64,000 bases of DNA, taken from a virus. Made by a program: the position numbers and the translations under genes. The notes beneath the pieces are model-generated. The model was not told the origin of the DNA and made no database searches. It saw only the letters and a list, made by a program, of their open reading frames with translations. Numbering within the stretch: the first letter of the stretch is position 1; each line of letters opens with the position of its first letter. The stretch lies in IMG/VR virus record IMGVR_UViG_3300027724_000010, positions 5,815 to 69,814 of that record. One strand, written 5' to 3'. This document shows, piece by piece, positions 1 to 10,289 of the stretch.

Positions 1-177
1 AAAAAGAATAATAAATATTCAGATAATTTTATAAATGGTACACAAAGTAGATATGTATATTCTATTAAACCAGAAAAAGATATTATAGTTACTCCTAAAA
101 AAACAAATAAAGATGATGCAGATGCTTTTTTTGATAACGAAGAAAATAAACAATTAGAAGCTCAACGACAACGAAAA

Positions 178-636
178 GTGGATGAAATTAACTCTATTGT
201 AGATATTAATAAGCTAAACGAAATGGAGTCTAAAGTACCAGCAGATAAATTAGAGTTTTATAAACCACATTTTGATAGACGTCGACAAGAGTTAAAAACT
301 CCAAATATACCAAATCAAGAAGCACCTAAAGTATATGCTGATAGAGTAGTTACTGTTAATGGTAGAGAAATACTTGTTAAAGTATCTGGTGGTATGTATT
401 ACACTAATGGTAAAGCTGTACCAGAAACAGAGAATGTAACTATAAGTCTTGCTAGAGTAAAAATAGACATCATAGATGGAGTACTAAGAACAGCTAATCA
501 CGAAGGTAAAAATTATTATATTTTATCAAATGGTAAAGTAGTAAGTGCTGATGCAGAAACTTTAGGTTCTGAAACAGTAAAAGATAGATTTAAAAAAGAT
601 ATAATCATAGCGAAAGCTTCTAAATATAAGTGCTAA
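178..636 (+). CDS. hypothetical protein; stop overlaps the next gene's start (TAATG)
   Basis: 152-aa ORF with ordinary amino-acid composition, co-oriented with and translationally coupled to the giant ORF. Confidence 0.6.
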   Translation: MDEINSIVDINKLNEMESKVPADKLEFYKPHFDRRRQELKTPNIPNQEAPKVYADRVVTVNGREILVKVSGGMYYTNGKAVPETENVTISLARVKIDIIDGVLRTANHEGKNYYILSNGKVVSADAETLGSETVKDRFKKDIIIAKASKYKC

Positions 637-3600
637 TGGCGTGTAAAATAAGTGTAAAAGATACAGTATATAATAGTATTGCTAATATAGCAGGTAGTGA
701 AGACGTATTCAGTAAAGAAGCAGCAATTAAAAAAGCTAGACGTATTAATGCTATATGGGGTGATAAAACAGCTACTATAACTCAATATAGAAGTGAAGGT
801 GGTTATAAAGTAGTTACTCATAACCTAGATAAAATAATAGAAAGAGAGTATGAAAAACAATTAAGAATCGAACAAAATTTAAATCAACAACTTGGTAACC
901 TTAATAACGATATACCTACTTCTGAAGCTGAAGTATCAATAGAAGAAGAAGTATTTGATAATACTTTCGAATTCTATAATGTTAACAATCCAGATAAACT
1001 TAGACAATCACAAATACGATCTTTAAATAGTTTATTAGATAGATCTGTAAGAGCATTAGGATTTACTAAAACTACTATAAAAAAATATAATGAAGATTAT
1101 CAACGTAGAAATCCTGGTAAAAAGTTAAATCAACAAGGTCTTATAAATCTAATAGATAAACAAATTGCTCTTGGTGAGAGATCTGAAATAGATGGTGTAA
1201 CTTATGCTGAAGAAGTATTTCATGGTATTGTAGCAGCTAACGAAACAGCTCAGGAGTTTCAAGATATAATCAATCTTAGAGATGCTGATGGTATATTAGA
1301 AATATCTAAAACAGATATATATAAGAAAAATTATGAAACTTATATGTCTGCTTATGGTGGTGATGAGAATAAAGTTAAATTAGAAATAGTAGGTAAACTA
1401 CTTGCTCAAGCAATATATGATAAATTTGCTTATGATAGTATACCACAAAAACTATTAAGAGCTATTGATAAATTCTTTTCATTTTTTACAAAAAAACTAA
1501 GATTAGCTAATCTATTAGATAGAAATCAATTTAATAAAGATTTGTATGCTGCTTTAGATATAGTTATGGAGAATTGGCAAAACGATATGTATAATCATCC
1601 GTTTACAACTGCTGTTCCAGTAACTGTTCCATTTGTTTTTAAAGAAATAAATAATTTTGAAGATACTATTATAAAAAATACATCAGAATTACGATCTAAA
1701 GTTAGACAATTAGAAGAGAGACAAGGTGGATTGATAGGTAACTATAATACAAAATATGAAGATTTAACTAAAAAATATTCAGGAATATCTAATAAAACAA
1801 AATATCTAGCAGATTTAGAAGCTAAAGCTACGAAAACACCATTATCTAGATATGAGCAACAGCAAGTCTCAGAATTAAAAGAGTATTTTATTCTTAAAAA
1901 TATAGATGATATAGATGTAAATAGAGAGAAACAAGTAAAAACTATTAATGGTAGAATAAAAGAAATAAATAATCTAATAAACAAAAATAAACTACAATTA
2001 GGTATACATACTTATTTTTTTGGTATTAATAATAGTGGTGGAGCAAATGAAGATATAGAACAACTTTATAAATATATGCAAAAAGTTGTTAAACAAAAGT
2101 TATTCTTGAGTATGGAATCTTGGCACAGCTTAAACGAATCTTATAACTTACATATAAATATCATAAACGAATTGCGAGCTTGGTACCAAGATAGTAGTAA
2201 TGGTAGAAATGAGTTTCCAGAGTTAACAAAAGAACAAAATAAAAGATTAAAAGATGTTGTATTTGGATTAAAAGTTAAGTTGGATTGGATAAATACATCA
2301 TTAAATTCTTCTGCTAAATCTGTTAAAAGAGATTTTCATAAAAAATATGTAGATTTAAATCCAAATATAGATACAACTGAAAATAATAGTTATACAGAAA
2401 TAGGTAACTTTAGAAAATATTTCGGATCACTTAGAAACGCGCAAGACGAAACTGCTAGATTATTCTATAAAACAATAATGGATGTAAATAATTTAGTTCA
2501 TAATAAAGTATTAAATAATACTATAGATTTTTATAATAAACATAAAGATCTTATAAAAAGAATGGGTCCAAAAGAGTTTAATAAACTTAGAGAAAAAGAT
2601 GCTAGTGGTAATCAAACACATTATTGGTTGAGTGATAGATTAACAAGCGTATTTGAGTTTAATTATAATTCGTTTAGAGAAACAACTATTAAAAATTTAA
2701 TAATATACGCTAAACAAAAACATAACAAAGATTATAACATACCGTTTGATGAGTTCGAGTTATCTGAGTTTTTTAATGCTACAACTTTAAATAATATTTC
2801 TTCTGCTGTATTAGATAACGAATTACTAATAAGAGAAGAATTGCGTAATATGTATAATGCAGCATATGGTAATTGGATAAGTTTAAATACAGAGCTTAAA
2901 TACAACTATGAAGATATTATAGAACAGCGTAGACTATCTATGAATAAAACTAAATTTGCTAAATGGTTACAATTAAATGCTCCTACTCATACATATACTA
3001 AAAAAGATGGTACAGTTGTTACTACTGTTATTTATAAAGGAGAACTTATTAAACCATCGAGCGGTCAAAAAAACCTATTAGGTAATCTAACAGAAGATTA
3101 TACAAATCCAGAATACAATAGATTAAGATCTACTAATCCAGAATATATAGAACTATTAGAAGATCTAAAAGAAAAATCGTTAGATGCTAAGCGTAAATTA
3201 CCTTTACATAATTACTCATGGGAGTACTCAGAAAGATTACCACAAGTATCTAAATCTACTATGGATTTATTTGGTAGTAGTTTATCTAACTATACTGAAA
3301 AATTTAAAGAATCATTTTCAGCTAGACCAGATGATGATATGTATGCTAATAGAGCTGGTAATACAATATTAGAGAGACCACCTATTAGATTTATAGAAAA
3401 GATAAATCCAGATCTAATAACAGATGATTTATTTAAATCAGTAATGATGGTAGAAGAAATGTCTGTTAATTTTGTAGAGTTTACTAAAGAATTACCTACT
3501 TTACATGGTATATTAGATTTAGTTAAACGCGGAGATGTTGTAGACAAAGGTATAAGACTATCTAAAAATCCTAGAGATTCGGTATCTGATTTAGAAAAAA

Positions 3601-5144
3601 AGATGAGAGATGTAATGCTTAGAAGTGTATACGGTGGTAAAGATGAACAATCTTATAATCTAACTATAGGTAGTGTAGATCTTAATAAAGTATTAGATAG
3701 ATTAAAGAAGTATATACGTAACGTTAGATTGTTAGGTAATACTACTGCACAACTTACAGGATATTTTTCAGCAATGCTAAATAAAAGTGAAGAGATATAC
3801 GCTAAAAATTTAGATGGTAAACTATTATTAGAGTCTGAAAAAGAAATGTATTTACATACTATAAGTATTACTAATGATGCTATATCTCCTATTAAAACAA
3901 GTAAACTAACTGCTGCATTACAATACACAGGGTTAGTAACTAATAACATAGAGACCTTTGCTAATGTTAATAGAAGTAAATTATTAAGAGCAGCTAGTAA
4001 AACTATTAATTATGGTGGTTGGGAAACTATAGATGTACTTGTTAAATTACCAATTATAATGACAATAGCTAAAGAAATACGACTTGTTAATGGTAAATGG
4101 TATACTAAAAATAGTTATACAGTAGATGATGATGGTTGGTTAAATGGAGAATCTTTATGGGGTATGATGGAGTTAGAAGATAATAAAATAAAATTTGATC
4201 CTAGAGTAACTCAACAAGTAAAAGATTTATGGTTAACCAAATCAAGAGTATTAGCTAATCAAATAGATGGTCAACTATCTGATTTAGATAAAGCCTCTAT
4301 ACATAATCACTTTCTTTTTAAGTTTTTTACAATAAATATGAACTGGTTATATGAAAGATTAGATAGAGGATTTAAAAAAGAAATATTTGATTGGCAAACA
4401 CAACAAGTAGAAGGTGGTTATTATGTAGTAATTTGGAGAGCTATACAAAGATCACCAATACAATTTGTTAGTGATGTATTCAAACATAACGATCAGTTTA
4501 CAGAATTAGAAAAACAATCATTACGTAGAGTAGCTCACACCTTAGTAGCAGCTACAATGTTATTTATGTTTGTTTATATAGTAACTGCTATATCTTTAGA
4601 TGACGATGATGATGACGACAATCCAATGCTAGCATATTTTATATACATACTTAATAGATTACAGATGGAAGAAAACTCTAAAACATCATCTGTAGATTTA
4701 TTCTCGTATATTACAAGACCAGCAGATGGTATAGATCAATTGGACGATTATTTACCAATAGTAAAATGGATAGCATTTTTAGCTGGAGAATCAGAAGAAG
4801 TAGAATCTGGTATATATAAAGGTTACGATCAAAGTACTAAAAAACTTATACAAGCTACCCCACTATTAAAAGGTTTCTATGAAAATATAGGTGGTGGTGT
4901 AATAAACGAAGCGTTAGGGAAACCAGAAACAAGTATAACAACAGCTATTAGTGGTAAAAACCAAGTAATAAAAAGTAAAATAAATAGCGATATGGGTAAC
5001 TTAGCTTTAGTAGGTATGGGATTATTTACTAGATTTTCTGGATGGGCGTTAGGTAGAACAATAGCACCAGTAGTATCTAAAAATTATAAATCTAGTTTTA
5101 TGGATTTACCTACTAAAAAAGCTCAAAAAGATAAAAATAAATAG
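636..5144 (+). CDS. very large (~1503 aa) coiled-coil-rich virion-type protein, possibly a tape-measure or internal/ejection protein; the true start is likely the ATG at 636 that overlaps the upstream stop
   Basis: single uninterrupted 4.5-kb ORF, long K/E/N/L-rich helical stretches, one C-terminal hydrophobic segment followed by a poly-Asp tract (LDDDDDDDN); no catalytic motif recognised. Confidence 0.8.
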   Translation: MACKISVKDTVYNSIANIAGSEDVFSKEAAIKKARRINAIWGDKTATITQYRSEGGYKVVTHNLDKIIEREYEKQLRIEQNLNQQLGNLNNDIPTSEAEVSIEEEVFDNTFEFYNVNNPDKLRQSQIRSLNSLLDRSVRALGFTKTTIKKYNEDYQRRNPGKKLNQQGLINLIDKQIALGERSEIDGVTYAEEVFHGIVAANETAQEFQDIINLRDADGILEISKTDIYKKNYETYMSAYGGDENKVKLEIVGKLLAQAIYDKFAYDSIPQKLLRAIDKFFSFFTKKLRLANLLDRNQFNKDLYAALDIVMENWQNDMYNHPFTTAVPVTVPFVFKEINNFEDTIIKNTSELRSKVRQLEERQGGLIGNYNTKYEDLTKKYSGISNKTKYLADLEAKATKTPLSRYEQQQVSELKEYFILKNIDDIDVNREKQVKTINGRIKEINNLINKNKLQLGIHTYFFGINNSGGANEDIEQLYKYMQKVVKQKLFLSMESWHSLNESYNLHINIINELRAWYQDSSNGRNEFPELTKEQNKRLKDVVFGLKVKLDWINTSLNSSAKSVKRDFHKKYVDLNPNIDTTENNSYTEIGNFRKYFGSLRNAQDETARLFYKTIMDVNNLVHNKVLNNTIDFYNKHKDLIKRMGPKEFNKLREKDASGNQTHYWLSDRLTSVFEFNYNSFRETTIKNLIIYAKQKHNKDYNIPFDEFELSEFFNATTLNNISSAVLDNELLIREELRNMYNAAYGNWISLNTELKYNYEDIIEQRRLSMNKTKFAKWLQLNAPTHTYTKKDGTVVTTVIYKGELIKPSSGQKNLLGNLTEDYTNPEYNRLRSTNPEYIELLEDLKEKSLDAKRKLPLHNYSWEYSERLPQVSKSTMDLFGSSLSNYTEKFKESFSARPDDDMYANRAGNTILERPPIRFIEKINPDLITDDLFKSVMMVEEMSVNFVEFTKELPTLHGILDLVKRGDVVDKGIRLSKNPRDSVSDLEKKMRDVMLRSVYGGKDEQSYNLTIGSVDLNKVLDRLKKYIRNVRLLGNTTAQLTGYFSAMLNKSEEIYAKNLDGKLLLESEKEMYLHTISITNDAISPIKTSKLTAALQYTGLVTNNIETFANVNRSKLLRAASKTINYGGWETIDVLVKLPIIMTIAKEIRLVNGKWYTKNSYTVDDDGWLNGESLWGMMELEDNKIKFDPRVTQQVKDLWLTKSRVLANQIDGQLSDLDKASIHNHFLFKFFTINMNWLYERLDRGFKKEIFDWQTQQVEGGYYVVIWRAIQRSPIQFVSDVFKHNDQFTELEKQSLRRVAHTLVAATMLFMFVYIVTAISLDDDDDDDNPMLAYFIYILNRLQMEENSKTSSVDLFSYITRPADGIDQLDDYLPIVKWIAFLAGESEEVESGIYKGYDQSTKKLIQATPLLKGFYENIGGGVINEALGKPETSITTAISGKNQVIKSKINSDMGNLALVGMGLFTRFSGWALGRTIAPVVSKNYKSSFMDLPTKKAQKDKNK

Positions 5145-5154
5145 ACATAAAAAA

Positions 5155-5186
5155 AAAGAGAGAGATAAGTTCTCTCTCTTCTTTAA
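5155..5186. terminator. bidirectional rho-independent terminator between convergent genes
   Basis: perfect hairpin GAGAGAGA-TAAGT-TCTCTCTC flanked by an A-run upstream and a T-rich run downstream. Confidence 0.6.
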
Positions 5187-5398
5187 TATCTTCTTTTACT
5201 AAACCAAATAGATAATATTACCCAAAATAGTAATCCCATTATCAATAATAATGGTGATCCCCATAAAGGTAATGTTACTAACCACCATCCCCAATTTACA
5301 TATCCAAATACTTTTAATAATAAAAATACTATAAATATTGTAGCTGGAACAGCTCCTAATTTAAAACTTATTGTTAATCCTTTTTTTTCGTTACTCAT
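5183..5398 (-). CDS. small membrane protein (2-3 TM helices)
   Basis: 71-aa ORF, strongly hydrophobic with W/G-rich segments. Confidence 0.5.
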   Translation of the reverse strand: MSNEKKGLTISFKLGAVPATIFIVFLLLKVFGYVNWGWWLVTLPLWGSPLLLIMGLLFWVILSIWFSKRRY

Positions 5399-5781
5399 TT
5401 TATTAATTTTAAACCTTCAAATAAACCTACTTCTAAAGCTTTTTCATAAGTATCATAACCACTAGAATAATAATCGCTAGAATCACCTATATTATGAAAA
5501 TCTTTACCATAATAATCTATTTCTACTGTATATTTAATATCTTTTATAGATTCTATATTTTCACTATAAAAAGTAACTTCTACTATACAATTATGCTCTT
5601 CTCTTAACCACTTTTGTAGTAAAGATTGTGTAGGTGCTGCAATATCAAGTAAATATAATTGATTATATGGACTATGATGTACAAATGTTTTACTTTTAGC
5701 ATAATAATAATGAGATGGAGCATTAAATCCTTTTTCTTTAGCTAATTTTGCTGTTTCATACTTTACTACTTCTTCTGTCAT
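5395..5781 (-). CDS. hypothetical protein
   Basis: 128-aa ORF; ATGA overlap with the downstream gene. Confidence 0.6.
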   Translation of the reverse strand: MTEEVVKYETAKLAKEKGFNAPSHYYYAKSKTFVHHSPYNQLYLLDIAAPTQSLLQKWLREEHNCIVEVTFYSENIESIKDIKYTVEIDYYGKDFHNIGDSSDYYSSGYDTYEKALEVGLFEGLKLIK

Positions 5782-5832
5782 TTTATTAAAGTTTGTGTTG
5801 TTATTTCTAAAGCATATAATGTAGCATCTTCA

Positions 5833-6099
5833 TTATTTATCATCATAAGTAATTTTATAAGTAGAATTTAATGTTTTAAAAGTATTATCATCTATAACTT
5901 CTATTACCACAGATGTTATTAAATCTCCTACATAACATGATTGACCTATTACAGGTCTTTGTATTATTACACCATATGATTTTCTACCTATATTAATACC
6001 ATTAGGATGGTTATTATTAAATTTATTATCTTCTATTTTTTCTAAAGTAGCAAATTTAAATTTTGATAAATCTATTATTGTTTTTTCTATTTTACTCAT
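5833..6099 (-). CDS. hypothetical protein
   Basis: 88-aa ORF in the co-directional gene string. Confidence 0.5.
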   Translation of the reverse strand: MSKIEKTIIDLSKFKFATLEKIEDNKFNNNHPNGINIGRKSYGVIIQRPVIGQSCYVGDLITSVVIEVIDDNTFKTLNSTYKITYDDK

Positions 6100-6100
6100 T

Positions 6101-6604
6101 TTAATTTTTAATTATTTTATTTTTATAATTTGTATAACAATTATAGGCATCTATTTCGTTATAAAATCCACCTAAATATTTTGTTTTATTATTTATTTTA
6201 ATTTTAGCAATCCATTTATTTCTTTCTTTACTATAACTTACACCTACATATTTGGAAGATGTTTTTAATTTTCTACTATTATTATAATGAGTGGTATTTT
6301 CTCTTCTATTAAGATACTCTAAATTGGTTATATTGTTATTTGTTTTATCAAAATCAATATGATTTACTTCTTTTATAGAATCATATAAAAAATGTTTAAT
6401 AACTAATCTATGTGCTAGATAAGAAATAATTTTATTATTTTTAGTTAATCTAAATTGAATATATCCATCTTTACAATAGTGATATTTTAATAACTTTTCT
6501 TTATTAAACCTTAAAGATTTAACACTTCCTAAATTACTAACTTTATATAAACTTTCATAACCTATAATATCTATCCAAATTTCATTAAAATTTTGTTCAT
6601 TCAT
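6101..6604 (-). CDS. HNH homing endonuclease (I-HmuI-like) with NUMOD4 and C-terminal AP2 DNA-binding domains
   Basis: N-terminal WIDIIGYESLYKVSNLGSVKSL (NUMOD4-like), AHRLV…NNITNLEYLNRRENT (HNH_3-like), C-terminal YVGVSYSKERNKWIAKI…LGGF (AP2 domain). Confidence 0.8.
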   Translation of the reverse strand: MNEQNFNEIWIDIIGYESLYKVSNLGSVKSLRFNKEKLLKYHYCKDGYIQFRLTKNNKIISYLAHRLVIKHFLYDSIKEVNHIDFDKTNNNITNLEYLNRRENTTHYNNSRKLKTSSKYVGVSYSKERNKWIAKIKINNKTKYLGGFYNEIDAYNCYTNYKNKIIKN

Positions 6605-6685
6605 GACTAATTATTTAGTCACAAAATTACAAAAATTATTTTAAATAATTAGATAATCACATAAATCTTACTCATATTAATTTAT

Positions 6686-6859
6686 TTAAAACGTTCTAAA
6701 ACTATTTTTCATTTTAGTAGTACCTATTTCTGTACTAATAGTATAAAGACCAGTATTATTATCATATTCTGTAATAACACCTTCTTCTACATATTTATGG
6801 TTTATCCATAATCTATCATGAAAATATATTTTTGTTCCTATTGTATATATTTTACTCAT
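6686..6859 (-). CDS. possible small protein (57 aa), below the ORF-track cutoff
   Basis: ATG…TAA ORF with ordinary composition (MSKIYTIGTKIYFHDRLWINHKY…) in an otherwise empty intergenic gap. Confidence 0.3.
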   Translation of the reverse strand: MSKIYTIGTKIYFHDRLWINHKYVEEGVITEYDNNTGLYTISTEIGTTKMKNSFRTF

Positions 6860-6934
6860 CTTTTAAATATTTTATTATACCAATAATAAATATGCATAGA
6901 GAATACTATTATTCTTTTAATAAAAATATTCATT

Positions 6935-7402
6935 TTATAATACTTTATAAATTATATCTAAATATTCTTCACAACTTGAATAGCTTGGTAATCTTTTATA
7001 AGAATTGTTTACTATTTTTTTATACTTTTCATCCATTACACAAACATAAGCAAGATTATCTTGATAAAATATATATGCTATATTATACATAAAATTTTCT
7101 ATTATAACAGTTTGTTCAGTTACAAATGCTGATGTAGACATACCACGTTGCCAACCACCTGATCCACTACCCCATGTTTGTTTTACAATATGTATATTTA
7201 TATCATTCCAATTCTCCATTTTACCTTGTTTGTACAAAGAAGTTATAGGTCCTTTAACAACAACATTTTCCCAATATTCTAGCATTTTGTTTATTGCTAC
7301 TTTACCACCTTGACCTACTAAATAATTAGCGTAACTATTATACTTATCTAATATATTTAGTAAATCTGCTATATCTTTTATATCTATTTTATATCTATCC
7401 AT
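6935..7402 (-). CDS. hypothetical protein, probable partner of the adjacent nucleotidyltransferase
   Basis: 155-aa ORF whose stop is 2 nt from the NTase start; G-rich loop WGSGSGGWQRG. Confidence 0.55.
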   Translation of the reverse strand: MDRYKIDIKDIADLLNILDKYNSYANYLVGQGGKVAINKMLEYWENVVVKGPITSLYKQGKMENWNDINIHIVKQTWGSGSGGWQRGMSTSAFVTEQTVIIENFMYNIAYIFYQDNLAYVCVMDEKYKKIVNNSYKRLPSYSSCEEYLDIIYKVL

Positions 7403-7403
7403 T

Positions 7404-8453
7404 TTAATACTCTTTTCTTATCTTTAATAACAATTTTTGTAATTGTTTTTGATTTACTTCTCTTGGTAATCCGATTTTATTTTCTTCAAATAACTTTTTA
7501 ACTTCTTCTTCTAAATTAGAAGCTAATTCTATTATTTCTTCATAAGAATATTTACCATTACGGATATCTATTAATTGATCTTTTTCTGATCTATTTAATA
7601 TCAATCCATTACCTAATATAATATCTTTAACAGTATATAATAATCTTACACAATGAGATAAATTTTTAGTATCATATTCGTTAGCTACTTTAGCATTATC
7701 TTGATATCGTAAGGGATTACGTTTTTCTAACCATTCTTGATACTCTCTATAATCTTTACAGTGTGTAGAATAAGCATTACGATCAAAGCGCATATATTTT
7801 AAAAATCTACTATCTTTAGGTATACTTTTTAGTTGTACATCATTACTATTTTCATTTATTATACCACCAGCTTTTCCTAAATAATACATACTATAAATAT
7901 CAGGAAAATTATTTACAGACGCTAATCCTATATCATTTTGATTTTTACTAATTATTTCAAAATACTTAGTTAATGATACAGAAAACTCTCTATCCATAAG
8001 TACATAACAAAAATCTAATGGTGTTTTACGCTCCATTCTAGTTTTCTCCCAGTTAGTTTTCTTATTCATACCTTTAGCTTTTTTAATCTGACTAAACGAA
8101 TATCCTAAAAAAGTATGTTTTAGTTTAGTAGTTAAAAAAGGTGTAATATCTGGAAAGTATTCTTTCCATTTATCAGTTGTAAAAGTAATTTTATCGCTTC
8201 CGAGTATATCCACAATATTAGGATTACCTTTAACTAGTAGTTCTATAAATCTACCAATCTCGTAATAAGTAATATCTTGTTTAGCATCGCTTATTTGTTC
8301 TATATATCGTCCAGATAATATCATACTAGTAGGTAGGATATAAACACCTTTAATGTCTATATCACTACCTTCTTTATTTGTACCATATAAGTGAGAACCA
8401 ACAATACATTCGTGTATTATCCATCCACTTTTTTTGAGTTGTTCTACATTCAT
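7404..8453 (-). CDS. Pol-beta superfamily nucleotidyltransferase (predicted-NTase family), substrate unknown
   Basis: N-terminal GSHLYGTNKEGSDIDIKGVY matches the [GS]x9-13 DxD minimal NTase signature; 349 aa. Confidence 0.7.
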   Translation of the reverse strand: MNVEQLKKSGWIIHECIVGSHLYGTNKEGSDIDIKGVYILPTSMILSGRYIEQISDAKQDITYYEIGRFIELLVKGNPNIVDILGSDKITFTTDKWKEYFPDITPFLTTKLKHTFLGYSFSQIKKAKGMNKKTNWEKTRMERKTPLDFCYVLMDREFSVSLTKYFEIISKNQNDIGLASVNNFPDIYSMYYLGKAGGIINENSNDVQLKSIPKDSRFLKYMRFDRNAYSTHCKDYREYQEWLEKRNPLRYQDNAKVANEYDTKNLSHCVRLLYTVKDIILGNGLILNRSEKDQLIDIRNGKYSYEEIIELASNLEEEVKKLFEENKIGLPREVNQKQLQKLLLKIRKEY

Positions 8454-8546
8454 TTTTTCTTAAATATATTATCAAAGAAATCTGTAAAAAAAGCTAATAT
8501 TATAACTATTTGTACAATAGCACTACATATCATTATAATTGAATTA

Positions 8547-8918
8547 TCACTCATTGTTTTGTATTTTTAAATTTTTAGCAACTTCTGAAAAATATCTATC
8601 TCTCCAAACAATAGATTCTTTTTTATGGTCTATATGTTTTTGCTCGTTTAATTTATCATTTAAACATTTTACTTGGTGTAATAGTTCATTAATACGTTCG
8701 TTTTCTAAAAACTGTTTAGTCCAACCATTTGTTTTTAATTCTTCTATTTGTTTTGGAGATATCTCTTTATTTTTTATAGTTTCTTCTAACTCTTCTATAT
8801 AAGATTTAGCTTGTCCTAGTTCTATTTGAAGTTTAGAAATCTCTTGTTTTTGATATAAAACTATATCATCTTTTGTATATTTTCTTTGTAACTTCAACAG
8901 ATACGCTCTATCATCCAT
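8547..8918 (-). CDS. coiled-coil hypothetical protein
   Basis: 123-aa ORF with K/E/L/Q-rich heptad-like sequence. Confidence 0.5.
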   Translation of the reverse strand: MDDRAYLLKLQRKYTKDDIVLYQKQEISKLQIELGQAKSYIEELEETIKNKEISPKQIEELKTNGWTKQFLENERINELLHQVKCLNDKLNEQKHIDHKKESIVWRDRYFSEVAKNLKIQNNE

Positions 8919-9000
8919 TACTCGTAGTATCTATATCTAGGTATTACTCTAGCACAAACTCCATGTGATCTACTAAACATTCTTCTAAACATTCCTTTTA

Positions 9001-9243
9001 TCATTTTTTAAATATTTGATTATTTTTAGCTATAAAACTTAATATCTCATAATCTTTTTCTACTACTTTTTCCCAGAACTCAGGATTATTTTCTACTTGT
9101 ATACATAAAATCTTATAATGGTAATAACCTATACAATCAGGATTATAATCTATATCATCTTTATCTTTTTTAGTAACTAACATACCTACTTTCCAATCTT
9201 TAGGTAAAGATGGATACCATTTTTTTAATTTATAACTACTCAT
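9001..9243 (-). CDS. hypothetical protein
   Basis: 80-aa ORF overlapping the upstream gene by 8 nt. Confidence 0.45.
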   Translation of the reverse strand: MSSYKLKKWYPSLPKDWKVGMLVTKKDKDDIDYNPDCIGYYHYKILCIQVENNPEFWEKVVEKDYEILSFIAKNNQIFKK

Positions 9244-9967
9244 ATTTTTTATTAAATTTATCTAAAATTTCTAATTGATAATCATCTAGTTTACTTCTAA
9301 CATAATCTATATCATCTTTAGTAAGATCATTATTAATATGATTACTAAGTTCTCCTATAATACTAGCATTAGTATCTGTATCTCCACCTATCTTTACAAT
9401 CTGTTCTATAAGTTTTTGTGTTACAGGGTGTTTTTGTGAATTATAAATAGCAGAAATTATTGTTAAAGTGTCCATAGCATTTATACAAAACTTATTTAGT
9501 ATTGGTGCTCCCATAAAATTTACTTGTTTAAACACATACATAAAATATAACAAATAAGCTGCTCGTATTGAATCTTTATGATTATGAGTACAAATTACAG
9601 AGTCTTGTATTAAACTTTTACTATACATTGCTGGAGCTAACCTCATTAAACATCCATTACCATAACTAGTTATATAAGCTTCTGGATGATTTTCACACCA
9701 TTTAGCAAAATTATCACCATATCCTGGACTACCATCATCATCAGTATTAGGATATAGATGATACCACTTTTTATAAGCTTCTGCAAAAGGTATATCATGT
9801 AATACAGCATCAGCACTAGCTAGTGTCATTATACTGTCATCTGTAATATGCGAATTAGGATTATGTAAGTTAAATTCACTATAATCACCTTTATATTTAA
9901 ATTCATAAGGTTGTCCTGCTAAATCACCTAATATAGCACCATAAAGTTTATTTATACATAAAGACAT
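9236..9967 (-). CDS. ADP-ribosylglycohydrolase (DraG/ARH family)
   Basis: N-terminal YGAILGDLAGQPYEF and overall size/layout typical of ARH-fold hydrolases; C-terminal GGDTDTNASIIG matches the ARH Mg-binding acidic motif. Confidence 0.7.
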   Translation of the reverse strand: MSLCINKLYGAILGDLAGQPYEFKYKGDYSEFNLHNPNSHITDDSIMTLASADAVLHDIPFAEAYKKWYHLYPNTDDDGSPGYGDNFAKWCENHPEAYITSYGNGCLMRLAPAMYSKSLIQDSVICTHNHKDSIRAAYLLYFMYVFKQVNFMGAPILNKFCINAMDTLTIISAIYNSQKHPVTQKLIEQIVKIGGDTDTNASIIGELSNHINNDLTKDDIDYVRSKLDDYQLEILDKFNKKYE

Positions 9968-10289
9968 ATTTTTGTTTTTTACCTATTGTTAATAATAAAA
10001 ATCCACTTAACCACCTAAAAAGATGTATATTAGATTCTTCTTGTCCAAAAAAATCTTCTACATTAAAACAATGTAATACTAATTTATCACCTTTTGTTTT
10101 AGAAAGTTTTTTAAAAAAAGATTCATATATAAAATCTTCAAATTCCCAGTAACCATCTAATATATCTAACTCATTATTTAGATTTTCTAAAGTTATACTA
10201 TCACCATTAATTTTTATAGTATTAGTATTTATTCTAGCTCTTATTTCGTTACTAGGTATAAACTCTTTAAGTAGATCTCTTATAATCAT
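9948..10289 (-). CDS. hypothetical protein
   Basis: 113-aa ORF; ATGA overlap with the upstream gene. Confidence 0.5.
   Translation of the reverse strand: MIIRDLLKEFIPSNEIRARINTNTIKINGDSITLENLNNELDILDGYWEFEDFIYESFFKKLSKTKGDKLVLHCFNVEDFFGQEESNIHLFRWLSGFLLLTIGKKQKYVFMYK

Noticed and set aside
633-4000. Minus-strand ORFs inside the giant plus-strand gene (633..821, 1742..1984, 3290..3547, 3653..3949) and plus-strand ORFs inside minus-strand genes (e.g. 8539..8802, 12754..12981, 14218..14421, 20729..20935, 23888..24079, 26939..27367, 34437..34631, 36350..36562, 37619..38109, 38725..39084, 45148..45354, 52193..52610)
   Set aside because: Low-complexity I/F/L/S/Y-rich translations typical of antisense frames in AT-rich DNA, fully embedded in well-supported genes on the other strand.
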